Under the pieces are notes generated by a model. The model saw only the letters and a program-made list of their open reading frames with translations, was not told where the DNA came from and searched no databases. Positions 19,276-28,921 of a stretch of DNA of 64,000 nt are shown here, piece after piece (positions within the stretch are counted from its first letter, which is position 1; every line of letters begins with the position of its first letter). The stretch is from Candidatus Undinarchaeales archaeon (GTDB taxonomy: Archaea; SpSt-1190; JASMDC01). The DNA lies in assembly GCA_030753015.1 (NCBI GenBank), contig JASMDC010000003.1, positions 64,001-128,000 of the forward strand, written 5' to 3'. A program made the position numbers and the translations under genes.

Positions 19276-21441
19276 ATGCGGGAACGTCTCATAGCGGTCG
19301 TATTCGTCATCGCACTGGTCTTCGCCAGCGCTCCGGACGACCTGAGCAATAAGTCGATAGGGGGGATTGGGGGAGATCCGTCGGGTCTATCTGTGCCCGG
19401 CGAACTACCTTCCGACGCGCCCTCTACCCGCGGGGAGATTTCCGAGAACGCGCTCAAGCAGCGCATACTGAGGGCAGCCCTGATAATCAGGACGGTGGAC
19501 GACCGCATCGAACGTGCCGAACTGTCTGCTACTATGAACGGAATTATCGATCTCTTGATACTCAACAAGATCGATGAAGCTCGTGAACTCCTGACGGAAA
19601 TGGAGGGACGGGCCGAAGTGGTGCTGAGGGAGCAGCGCCGACAGTGGTCGGAGGCTGATATAAGGGAGCTGGAGATGATCGCCGTAAGCTTAGAGGATGG
19701 TACGCAAAAGACCACGCTTGAGAATGCCTTAGCCGTAGCACGTGATCTCAAGAATGAGGGAATCGACGCAGAGACCATCCGTGAGAGGATCGGAAATGAC
19801 GCAGCTGCGCTGCTCGCAGAGCGACAGAGCAAGAAGGCCGCAGCGCTACTGGAGCAGGTGAGGATTGATATAGTCCGGATGCGTGAGGGGGATACGACGC
19901 TCCATAGTATGGCCGTTCGCCAGGGGAAGATGATCGGGCAGGCCGAGCGCAAGCTGGAAGATGGGATGCCTGATAATGCGCTCCACCTTCTTGAACGCGT
20001 GAGCGCTGAACAGCAGGATGCCCTACGTGCGACGCCTCTCGTCGGTGAGGTTGTCGGTATGGAGGAGTTCCCGGTGCTAAGTACCCAGGGTCGTGCACCC
20101 GGAACCGTCCTTCCTGAGGAATGGAATGACACCATACCGGCCGCAGGGCCCGAACGTACATCCGCGAGCAATCGGCAACCGCGGGCCGTCATCGAACAGA
20201 TGAAAGGCGAGGTGCGTGAGCAGATCGCAGTCCTCAAGGCCCGGTTGATCACCGCTCACGACAAGGAGCGATCGATCGAGCAGCGCCTGACCATGGCAAC
20301 GCCAGAGAAGCGGCAGATATTGCGCAGACGTTTGGCGATCATGAGGGTGAGGAAACGTAGCATCCCCGCCTTCGTCATATCCGGTAGCCTCGATAAGGTC
20401 GAAGCTCTTGTTGAGGAGGTCGAACGTGACCTGGCAAGCCTTGAAGAGCAGCTACCACGGATATCCGCCTTGAAGAGCGAGGTAAGACGGATCCGACCGA
20501 AGAAGACCCTCCGACAGGACCGCGACCGGGTCCGCACCCTGATCTCCAATATCAGGCTCCGCGAGCTCGATGACCGCGTAGAAAATATGCCCGTTGACTA
20601 CACGGGGGACGACGATCGGGAAGTGGAACTCCTCCTCGCGCTCAATCCAACGAACGATGAGATCGCGAACGAACTCGCCATCAGTGATGGGCTCGAGGCC
20701 AAGGTCGATATAGAACTGTCCGGCCAGGTTGTTGCGCTCGAGGGGGCCGATGACATAGGGCCTGTTGAGAAGAGCGTCTTCACGATGAGCGTGAGCGCCA
20801 CAGAGGCGGTAGTTGACGTGCGCATTGTCAAGATAATCCCCAAGGTCATAGCCGTGAACGTGGCGGACCTCGCATTTTCGGCAGAGCCAGATGTGGTCGA
20901 GAGCGATCCAATCGTGCTCTGGGACCTTGGCCACCTCGAGGCCGGAGAGGAAGTGGAGCTGGTCTTTACTGCTGACGGTGCGGTGGAGCCTACATCAGTG
21001 GGGGAGAGCGAGGTGCTCGTGCTCAAGAGCCCCGCGTACGCGGCCCCACATCTGGAGGCGCCCGTTGAGGTAGAGGCGAGTGAGGAGCTAATCGAGCAGA
21101 TCGCCGAGACAGTCGCCGTCGTCACGGAAGAACCCCCATCTGTCAGGACCACTGACAGAATCGACCCAAGCCTGTCGATGGGGATCCCCCTCCAGGATGA
21201 ACCCGGATTCTTCATCCTAATAATGGTCCTCGTACTAGTGGCCGCATTCCTCGTCGGCGTGGTATTCAAAGCGGACATGGTGTTCGCAGCGCCCAGACCG
21301 CCCACACCGCCCGCATCTGGGACCGTCTGGGACGCACAGCTGGTGAAGAGCGCAGAATGGAACATCCCACCGCGCTCCGTCAAGGGATACCAATCCGATC
21401 CCTTGTACCCGGGGAGATACAGGGAGCAGAAGAAGGACTAG
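19276..21441 (+). CDS. Secreted, C-terminally membrane-anchored protein with a long helical/coiled-coil region and a beta-sandwich domain
   Basis: Signal peptide MRERLIAVVFVIALVFASA; E/R/L-rich helices; VVDVRIVKIIPK...IVLWDLGHLEAGEEVEL; TM FFILIMVLVLVAAFLVGVVF. TATA-like CATATATA at ~19225. Confidence 0.8.
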   Translation: MRERLIAVVFVIALVFASAPDDLSNKSIGGIGGDPSGLSVPGELPSDAPSTRGEISENALKQRILRAALIIRTVDDRIERAELSATMNGIIDLLILNKIDEARELLTEMEGRAEVVLREQRRQWSEADIRELEMIAVSLEDGTQKTTLENALAVARDLKNEGIDAETIRERIGNDAAALLAERQSKKAAALLEQVRIDIVRMREGDTTLHSMAVRQGKMIGQAERKLEDGMPDNALHLLERVSAEQQDALRATPLVGEVVGMEEFPVLSTQGRAPGTVLPEEWNDTIPAAGPERTSASNRQPRAVIEQMKGEVREQIAVLKARLITAHDKERSIEQRLTMATPEKRQILRRRLAIMRVRKRSIPAFVISGSLDKVEALVEEVERDLASLEEQLPRISALKSEVRRIRPKKTLRQDRDRVRTLISNIRLRELDDRVENMPVDYTGDDDREVELLLALNPTNDEIANELAISDGLEAKVDIELSGQVVALEGADDIGPVEKSVFTMSVSATEAVVDVRIVKIIPKVIAVNVADLAFSAEPDVVESDPIVLWDLGHLEAGEEVELVFTADGAVEPTSVGESEVLVLKSPAYAAPHLEAPVEVEASEELIEQIAETVAVVTEEPPSVRTTDRIDPSLSMGIPLQDEPGFFILIMVLVLVAAFLVGVVFKADMVFAAPRPPTPPASGTVWDAQLVKSAEWNIPPRSVKGYQSDPLYPGRYREQKKD

Positions 21442-21566
21442 TGACCGAGCATCAGGAAGACCACTGCCAGCAGTACCCCGAGAGCTATGAAGAGGTTTAT
21501 CGAAATGCCCCCGGCGTAGGCGATGAGAGCAACGGTCTCGGGATTGTGCTTACGAAGGCGTTGCAT
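21438..21566 (-). CDS. Small single-TM protein (~42 aa)
   Basis: MQRLRKHNPETVALIAYAGGISINLFIALGVLLAVVFLMLGH; start codon uncertain. Confidence 0.45.
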   Translation of the reverse strand: MQRLRKHNPETVALIAYAGGISINLFIALGVLLAVVFLMLGH

Positions 21567-21654
21567 GTACGCATCGATTCTGCCCTGAATCCGGGCCCCT
21601 ATGAACAATAGAGCGGTAGATAGACATTTATCTCTTGAGAGATGATGATGTCGG

Positions 21655-21888
21655 ATGGGATTCATAGAGACCATTCGCCCCCTGCTCGTGCAGCTGGAGA
21701 ATAAGATCTATCCGCTCTTCTTCCTTCTGAGTATACTTCTCATCAGTCTCAGCGGCATAGCCTATCTCCCCGTCTTGGAGCTCCGGTTGCGTATCTTCGT
21801 GGACAGCCTCCTGTTCTTCATCAGCCTGTTCATCATATGGGGCATGGGCGAGATACTCCTCATTGTGATACGGGAGTTCGAGATGTAG
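21655..21888 (+). CDS. Small two-TM membrane protein
   Basis: 77 aa with two hydrophobic helices. Confidence 0.6.
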   Translation: MGFIETIRPLLVQLENKIYPLFFLLSILLISLSGIAYLPVLELRLRIFVDSLLFFISLFIIWGMGEILLIVIREFEM

Positions 21889-21898
21889 GGGTGCCCCC

Positions 21899-23584
21899 TT
21901 AGTCCTCGCTTTTCTGCTCCGGTGCGTCACGTTTGAGCAGCCATGCCAGCGTGTTGCGTAGGAGGGTGCGGCTGTCAGGCTCGTCACGCGAAAGCCCGTT
22001 TGCGTCACCGAACAGCACAGCACGACCCTTCTCCACGTCACGGGCGGCCATGACGACGATGTAGCCCTTCTTCTCGTTCATGTCCGGGACGAAGTTGCTA
22101 TCCTCGTCAGCGAAGCTAGTCTGGCTGGCGTAGAGCACGACGTCCTCTGTTTCTTCAACGTCCAGAGAGCAGCTCGCAGTGAGCCGGAGCTTGTTCACAC
22201 CCTTGGCCACGGGGTGGCCGGTGTTGTGCACGAAGGGCATATAGGTGACGTTCTCGCCCTCATAGTCGCACACGAGGTCGGAGTTGAACCGGGCACCGAG
22301 CTTGAACGTGATCTTGTTAAGGTTCGAGTTGTCGGCACCTCCGGCACCCACCAAGAACAGACCTGCTCCGGCACGCACGCGAGCGAGCACGTTCTCGAGC
22401 GCGTCATGCCCGGGAGTCTTGTCTGGTGATACAACGACCAGGAGATCGCCATCGAACCCTTCCATGTTCGTAAGGTCCTTTGGTTTGAGGGAAAGGTCAC
22501 CAAGAGCACTGGTGAGGGCGCTCTTCACTGTGTCGTCAAGGGAGTCGAGTCCAAGGACGTTTATCGAGCCACTGCTTCCAGGTTCGCCCGCGAGGTCGGC
22601 AGAGCAGTAAGGGCATACCTTCCAATCGCTGTTGATCGCCTTCCCGCATTCGGGGCAGTTGAACTCCCCCATGAGGATGGCGCGCTTGACCTCTTCCTTC
22701 TTGGCGGTACGCTCCTTCATCTCTGTGGGCTCTCGCACCTCTTTCTCGGGCTCTTCCTCCTCTTCAGGCTCTTCGGGCTCTTCCTCCTCCTCTTCCTCGT
22801 CGTCCTCCTTTTCAGGTGCTGCCTTACGTCCGTGCAGGACGACGATAAGGAGCGCTACTAGCAGGAGAAAGGCACCTCCAATGTAGAGCTCATACCCGGC
22901 AGGGATGCCCGGGATGAGCGCGGGGGCCGCTGTAACGGCGGGCGTGCTGCACACATTATCCATGCATTCAAGCCCCTCGTCACAATCATCCGTCTTACTA
23001 CAACAATCCTCACTCTGACCACAGCAGATGCTTCCGCCACTGGTCACGTTCACACAGAACCCGGAGAGGCACTGGGCGGTACCGGTGCACGCAGCACCAT
23101 CTGCAAGAGCCACGACCGGTCTAATTACGCACCGGGAGCCACTGCACATATCTCCATCGGCGCAGTCCCCGTCCTTGGTGCAGCACGTACGCGTTGTCGA
23201 GCAGCACACGTCGTTCTGACAGTGCTCGCCCTCGAGGCATCCGCAGTCAGCGCAGCAAGAGGTGGTGTTCTCCCCGCGGTCACACTGGCCATCGCCGCAG
23301 ACCACACGGTAGCATCCTTGTGCTGAAGCGCCGCCACGGGCAGCCTTGCACACCTCATCTTCACCACAAACGCAGTCGTCAGGGGAACTGAGGCAGGTCT
23401 CTCCTAATGCCTTCGTGCAGTCCGTATCGCCGATGCACTCGCTTGAATTGAGCATGTGACAGTCGATGCTACAACTAGTGCACTCGCCATTAGCGACGTC
23501 GCAAACTCGGTCGCCGCACGTGGCCCCAAGGGCCAGAGAGAGGACGAGGGCAATTATTGTCAGGAACAGCACGGAGGTTCTCAT
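21899..23584 (-). CDS. Type I membrane protein: Cys-rich ectodomain, TM, acidic linker, zinc ribbon, GIFT/DUF4350-like C-terminal domain
   Basis: Signal MRTSVLFLTIIALVLSLALGA; CGDxxCD and GEN..SC..DC repeats; TM LYIGGAFLLLVALLIVVLH; poly-E; CPECG-x9-CPYC; LVVVSP...GAGLFLVG...NLN....LGARFN...HPVAKGV...GRAVLFGD. Confidence 0.8.
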   Translation of the reverse strand: MRTSVLFLTIIALVLSLALGATCGDRVCDVANGECTSCSIDCHMLNSSECIGDTDCTKALGETCLSSPDDCVCGEDEVCKAARGGASAQGCYRVVCGDGQCDRGENTTSCCADCGCLEGEHCQNDVCCSTTRTCCTKDGDCADGDMCSGSRCVIRPVVALADGAACTGTAQCLSGFCVNVTSGGSICCGQSEDCCSKTDDCDEGLECMDNVCSTPAVTAAPALIPGIPAGYELYIGGAFLLLVALLIVVLHGRKAAPEKEDDEEEEEEEPEEPEEEEEPEKEVREPTEMKERTAKKEEVKRAILMGEFNCPECGKAINSDWKVCPYCSADLAGEPGSSGSINVLGLDSLDDTVKSALTSALGDLSLKPKDLTNMEGFDGDLLVVVSPDKTPGHDALENVLARVRAGAGLFLVGAGGADNSNLNKITFKLGARFNSDLVCDYEGENVTYMPFVHNTGHPVAKGVNKLRLTASCSLDVEETEDVVLYASQTSFADEDSNFVPDMNEKKGYIVVMAARDVEKGRAVLFGDANGLSRDEPDSRTLLRNTLAWLLKRDAPEQKSED

Positions 23585-23649
23585 GGTACAGACCTTCCGA
23601 TGAACCACGGCCACTTATCTTCTTATGTCTTTAGTCCGCGCGGGGGAGC

Positions 23650-26040
23650 TCACGGCCCGCACACGCACATGCACGTGGGCAGGATCGTACATGCATCGGG
23701 AACGATCTCGATATCACATCCCGACTCGCATCTGCAGTCGTAGGAGACCGTGCAACCGGACCCGATGAGCGTTACGCTCCCTTGTTGTCTGAGGGGGAGG
23801 GTCCCACTGCGCACTCGTAATGCTAGGTCGATGTCCTCGATAAACGGCTTGCCATCGGGGCCCCGGACGGCCGCACGCAGGCGGTATCGCCCCTCACTTG
23901 TAGGGATGAACTCCCCGATCACTTCAATGGTCCGGCCGGCACCGGGTGGTAGCGTGAGCTGTTCATCCAGTTCCTTTATTGCACCTCCATCCGGGTTTGT
24001 CAGATTGACATCGACAGTGACATCCATCACCATCCGTCCGGGATTTCTGAGCTTGATGATAGCTCGGGCAGGAATGTCGGGCGGAGTGTGGAGGGAGAAG
24101 TGACCATTCTGGATAAACCGTGCAACGGCCGTGACAGCTGTACCCGTCACCGTGGCCTGGCGCTCCACAAGATGTCCAAGGTCGACCTGCTCCTCGCCGG
24201 ATCCGTCCGGTTCGGCCATGGTGACGCTAATCTCAAGCGAATGCCCCAAAGAGAACAGAGGGATGCGGAATGGTGCCGACTCGAGGATGATCGTTCGCTC
24301 CACCTGTCTATCCAGTACGGTGTGCACGAGCGTTTTTCCTTCGGTGAGGTCCTCGACGGCGACAGTGATCAGTTTTCGTGCGAGGTCGCCGAGGTTGTGA
24401 ACCTTCACAACGGCCCGCGCTTCCTCCCCAACACGTACGAGAGCGGCGGGCCGGTCGGTCATAACATAGGCCTGGGTCACTACGACCCCGGTGGAGACGG
24501 CCACCGTACCCTTGTCCGACGACACCTCCTCTTCGTCCTCGTCCCGAAGGACGAGGCGGACATGTATCCGTCCCGAACTACGCTCCCCCTCACTGGGACT
24601 ATACTCACACAACATAATGTCACGCACGTCAGTAAGAGCGGACACATCATAAGGAGCTTCAAGGCATGTGCCCTCGATCCCCTCCAGTGAAAGGGTCCCG
24701 GAGAATGCAGTGAGCCCTTTGTTCAGGATCCGGGCGCCTATCATGACCGTAGCATCATCATCGATTGCGACCACCTCGGCCCTGTTGGATGTGAGGCTCA
24801 GGGTGACAGTGATCGTGCCTGTTCGAAGCGGTATCTCGCTGAACGGGCAGAGGCAGCACACCCCCTCTCCTGACGAGCATGCACCGAGGATCGGGCAGCC
24901 CCGCTCCCGGCACGTTAAGGCGAGGACACTGTTCGGATCATTTGCCATCATCTCCGCGGCCACCGTTCTGCCTGCGTGAAGGGCCATCTCCGATGTCGTG
25001 TAATCGAGGCATCCGGGAGTCCTCAAGAACACGCAGCGAGCATCCCCGTCACAGCCCAAGCGTCCGGGCAGGTGTTTATGGAGCAAACCTAGCTGCTCGA
25101 CCATGAGGTACTTGTCCTCGGTCTTCCAGATCTGGTCAAGGTCGAAGTTATCGTCATCCACGGGCAATCCGGGCTCTACAGAGAATGCGACATCACGGTC
25201 CGTCGAAAGGGCGGGACAGTCACCTGCCGGGGTCACGAACACGTTCGAGTGCGTCCCCCATGCCGCGATGTTCAGGTCGCCCCAGAATCCCTGGTGACCA
25301 GCGCTCGCGGGCATCCCCCCCATCATCAGGATGGCTTGGGTGATGTTACGCTGGAACGCGTCCACGACGTCATCCTCGCTGTATGGGGAAAGAATCTCCC
25401 GCATCTCTTTCACGAGACGGTCCTGGTTCCTGACACTCGCTGCGCTCATGGCACCCGCCTCGAGACCACCGCGAACATCGGACCCCCACGCCTCGAGCCG
25501 CTGGATGACTTGGCCGATGTCCGCCGAATAAGCATCGATGAATTCCTCTAATGCGATGAGCCCGTCACGCACAGCACACGGTGAAGCGGTCCCTTGGACG
25601 AACCCGGATTCCCTTGATCCGTCCACTTTGCACATATCGATCGTGTGCGCCAGGTCGACAGCGCATAGTGCTTCATTGTCCCGGTCTATAAAACCCCGGT
25701 CCTGGTTCTCGGGAATACCGTCGCCATTTGTGTCCATACATCCTGTATAGGTGCGACAAACCCCACAACTATTGAACCGGCCGGGATCCGCAGGCGATGT
25801 CGGCTCAAGGGACGGATTGTTCGAGAGGGGGCTGTAGGCGCAGGTGGCCTTCGCGTGGTCGAAGCACAGGGTGGGTTCGCAGACTGGATTGGTGAGGAAT
25901 TCGTCGATCGAGTCGAAGCAGGTGATTGCTGGATTCGGTACACCATCGGGACCGGCAATGTAATCTAGGCAGGGATTATAGGCAATCTTCGCATCGTTGT
26001 AAAGCGCGTGGCAGTGCTGGCATGTCTGGTTCAGCGTCGC
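23650..26040 (-). pseudogene. 5'-truncated large secreted-type protein (Cys-rich N-part, Ig-like C-part)
   Basis: The 695-aa ORF (ATG 25737) stays open ~100 codons upstream to a TGA at 26043-26041, with no ATG/GTG/TTG and no signal peptide. The extension is Cys-rich and protein-like (TCQHCHALYND...CLDY...CGVCRTYTGC). Confidence 0.6.
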
Positions 26041-26284
26041 TCATATAGGTCTTGTACCGACGGTCCACCTCCACATCGCTGTAGGCGTTGAGGTTGCATG
26101 CGAAGGTTAAGATGGTATAGAAGAGGAGCACGTAGGCCGCAACGGCGAGGGAGAGGAGCGCGCCGGCCGTGGGCACGGCCAGCACCACGCCGAGGATGGC
26201 AGTGGGGAGGCTCCCTTTCTGGATATTGAACCGACTTATAGCAGAGAAATCAGCGAACGTCATTGTATCTTCCCCCATGGTCAT
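25976..26284 (-). pseudogene. N-terminal fragment of a UbiA-family prenyltransferase
   Basis: Two TM helices then NAYSDVEVD (first Asp-rich NxxxDxxxD motif). The ORF ends at 102 aa, versus ~280-300 aa typical for the family. Confidence 0.6.
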
Positions 26285-26285
26285 A

Positions 26286-27005
26286 TCACCCTATTCCTTC
26301 ATCGATAGGGAGGAGCTCCTCGAAACGACAAATGAGCACCTCCGTCAATCGTTCGAGCACGGCCTCGCCCTTAGTGGCAGACGCCAAGGTGGGATCGCCC
26401 CACACCCCCGATACGGGCTCCGCAGGCCGGGCCGTGAAGCCCTTTTTCGGGATTTCCTGACCTGGCCGGGCCAGAGCCATGTCCACGAGCTCGGGGGCTA
26501 TAGCGAGCATTAAAGATGTTTCGGTCTCCCCGGCATGATAAGTCGGTGTCTCCACCAGGTCGTCGATGGCGATGGTCCAGGGTGTCAACACCGCGCCCTT
26601 TACGTCCACCCTCCCTTGCAGGGCCGTGCACATGGCCTCCTGCAATGCCGTGAGATGGGCGCTCCCGCCGTGACCTGTGATCACAACAATCCCGCTAACA
26701 CCCCCGTCCGCCAGCGCGGTCACGATGTCATGGACCACAGCGCGTAGTGCGTCGAACCCGATGGACACGGTCCCCGGCAATCGCGCGGTCGTACGACAGT
26801 AGCCATAGGGCAGTGCAGGGAGGCAGATGGCGCCAGTGCGGTCCGCGACACGCCGGGCCAGAGCGGTGGCGATGATGGTATCCGTTGCCGATGGCAGGTG
26901 AGGTCCATGCTCCTCGATGGCGCCCACGGGGAGCACTGCACGGCCCTCCCTAACGAGCGGACGTGCGGCGTCCTGGTAGATACCACATGGGAGCTGTCCT
27001 GCCAT
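26286..27005 (-). CDS. Creatininase-family amidohydrolase (possibly ArfB-like FAPy deformylase)
   Basis: LPVGAIEEHGPHLP..TD, GHGG, HAGETETS, SGVWGDP..A....G. Confidence 0.88.
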   Translation of the reverse strand: MAGQLPCGIYQDAARPLVREGRAVLPVGAIEEHGPHLPSATDTIIATALARRVADRTGAICLPALPYGYCRTTARLPGTVSIGFDALRAVVHDIVTALADGGVSGIVVITGHGGSAHLTALQEAMCTALQGRVDVKGAVLTPWTIAIDDLVETPTYHAGETETSLMLAIAPELVDMALARPGQEIPKKGFTARPAEPVSGVWGDPTLASATKGEAVLERLTEVLICRFEELLPIDEGIG

Positions 27006-27007
27006 CG

Positions 27008-28828
27008 TTATTCTCCGGCAAGGCGGTCGAGCACGAACCGCATCTCAGCCCTGGCGAGGACGGTCTGCAATCCCGAAGCATCGTCCCGGGTCAGGCAGAG
27101 GGCCGTGACCCCGCATGACACCAGGAACCGTAATAGGTCGGGGTCGTGGCTGTCCCACAACAGGGTACAGGGAAGACCTGTCGCCCGGCACGACCGGGCC
27201 ACCGAGGCCAGAGCGTTGCGGATCGCACCGTTCGTCTCCAACGCCTCGCGCCCGTATCCCGGTGCGAGGTCCGGGAAGAGCGACTCGCCATCGATGAGAA
27301 CTCCGTCAACACCGGCGGCGCATACGTCCTCGATAAGCCAGAGGGAGAGCGGTGAGGCGAGCTGGACCCATACCGCGACCTCCACACCCGCATCATCGAG
27401 GGCATCCAAGGCAGCTTCGAGACCTTCCATGGAGGATATCCCCTGGAGCACCGCGGTCACTCGCTTCGCATCGGTAAGAGCCGCCAGCACCCGGTTCGTC
27501 GCCGTCGCCAGGGCGGCCGGATCGTGCGCGTCCACACCGACCAGCACCTCGCGGTCTGCTGCACCGTCCCTGATCAGCGCCTCCAGCGCTTCGGTCGCGC
27601 GTACCAGCACAGCGTCCGACCACGTGGCAGGAGCACTTCCTGCTTGCAGGAGCTGGAGCAGGAGCGTGCCCGTGGGGGCCACGCCACCTTCTGAGGGGAC
27701 GGTCGGTGCGGGCGCAGGTGCGACGATCGGTGTGCCCATGTCCAGCGTTGGTACCGGTGCAGGCATATCTGCGAGGATGTCCAGAGAGGCGAGCCCTGCG
27801 AAGCCGGTCTCGGCAGCGGGTGCTGCAGCCGTCTGCGCCTCGACGGGAGACGGTGCATCGGGAAGACGCTTGACCCCCGTGACCGCGAGACGCCCGCGAT
27901 AGGCGGCCCAGCCCAGCTCCAATGGGCCGTCGAGCACGCTCTCCAGTCGTCGTGCCAATCCCGCCACCTCCGTCACGAGAGGATCGGGGAGCTTCTGGGC
28001 CTTGGCCTTGGCGGCACCGAGCGCCACACGACCTGATCGCTCCAGCCGTTCGCAGATATCGTCGCGCACGAGCTTGTGGCTCTGGCGTCCCACGGTGCGG
28101 GACACGATATCCATCGAGTCACGGTCGATCCGATACAGGTCACCCACCACGTCGCCACCGCACAGGATAGGGGTTAGACCCGCAACAGCTTCGATCTCAA
28201 GCATTCCCTGGTCGTCGTTGGCCTGGGAACGGACCACGCCAGATACGTCGGATGCGACCATCTTCTGGACGATGACGGCAACGTCAAGAGCAGGCTTCGT
28301 GGCCTGGACGGGGATGAGCGATGGTTCGAACCGTGTTGCCCAGCACCGCTTGACAGCCTCCATAAGGTCGTTCTCGCCCTTGACATTGAGGAGCGCGGAC
28401 CCTTCGTCATCATCGGGGAGGGAGGAGCGGACCGCCACGAATGAGAGGTTCCGGTTCATGACCAGGCCCTTGGTGGACTTGGGGATCTCGCTCAGTTCCT
28501 TACCATAGCTCATGCGCTCGTACGCTTGCCTGATAGGGGTCACCAGCTCTCGTGGCATGTCCGCTTTAGCGATCTCGGCCATGATGCGCCTGGAGTTGTC
28601 CTCCACGGACGCCAGGTCAGTGGTGTCCACCTTGGACAGGAGGGCTGCGATCCGCTTACCAATGCCGTTGTGGGCGAGGAAGGAGTGGAACATCCCCGTA
28701 GGGAGCACGAATCCGGGGGGGACATCGATCCCCTCCCGTAGGATACGATCGAGGGTCCGGGCCTTGCGCCCCACCATGGTCGTCGTCTGTCCCCCGAGCT
28801 CACCGAGCATCACTACGCTGTCTGTCAT
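27008..28828 (-). CDS. Degenerate PEP synthase/PPDK-like protein (nucleotide-binding N-domain plus eroded C-terminal barrel; no phospho-His domain)
   Basis: VPPGFVL, VAVRSS, AVKRCWA, AVIVQKMV, SGVV, PDPLVTEVA...LE are present. The SFAGQ and GGxTSHAAI motifs are absent. Confidence 0.75.
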   Translation of the reverse strand: MTDSVVMLGELGGQTTTMVGRKARTLDRILREGIDVPPGFVLPTGMFHSFLAHNGIGKRIAALLSKVDTTDLASVEDNSRRIMAEIAKADMPRELVTPIRQAYERMSYGKELSEIPKSTKGLVMNRNLSFVAVRSSLPDDDEGSALLNVKGENDLMEAVKRCWATRFEPSLIPVQATKPALDVAVIVQKMVASDVSGVVRSQANDDQGMLEIEAVAGLTPILCGGDVVGDLYRIDRDSMDIVSRTVGRQSHKLVRDDICERLERSGRVALGAAKAKAQKLPDPLVTEVAGLARRLESVLDGPLELGWAAYRGRLAVTGVKRLPDAPSPVEAQTAAAPAAETGFAGLASLDILADMPAPVPTLDMGTPIVAPAPAPTVPSEGGVAPTGTLLLQLLQAGSAPATWSDAVLVRATEALEALIRDGAADREVLVGVDAHDPAALATATNRVLAALTDAKRVTAVLQGISSMEGLEAALDALDDAGVEVAVWVQLASPLSLWLIEDVCAAGVDGVLIDGESLFPDLAPGYGREALETNGAIRNALASVARSCRATGLPCTLLWDSHDPDLLRFLVSCGVTALCLTRDDASGLQTVLARAEMRFVLDRLAGE

Positions 28829-28830
28829 GG

Positions 28831-28896
28831 TATGAACCGATGGAGTGGAGGAGGTTCATTAATAAAAAACCTCGCCGCCCCCGGTAGGTTTTTGAA
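28831..28896. promoter_or_regulatory. Symmetric divergent promoter region
   Basis: Inverted pairs ATGAACC/GGTTCAT (28832-28859) and AAAAACCT/AGGTTTTT (28865-28893) between divergent genes. Confidence 0.4.
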
Positions 28897-28921
28897 TGTG
28901 TGCCCCCGACCTCACGGGATC

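Noticed and set aside
26008-26022. Single CQHCH (CxxCH) heme motif in the truncated ORF
   Set aside because: One occurrence in a Cys-rich stretch right at a breakpoint can be chance; no cytochrome maturation genes are in the window.
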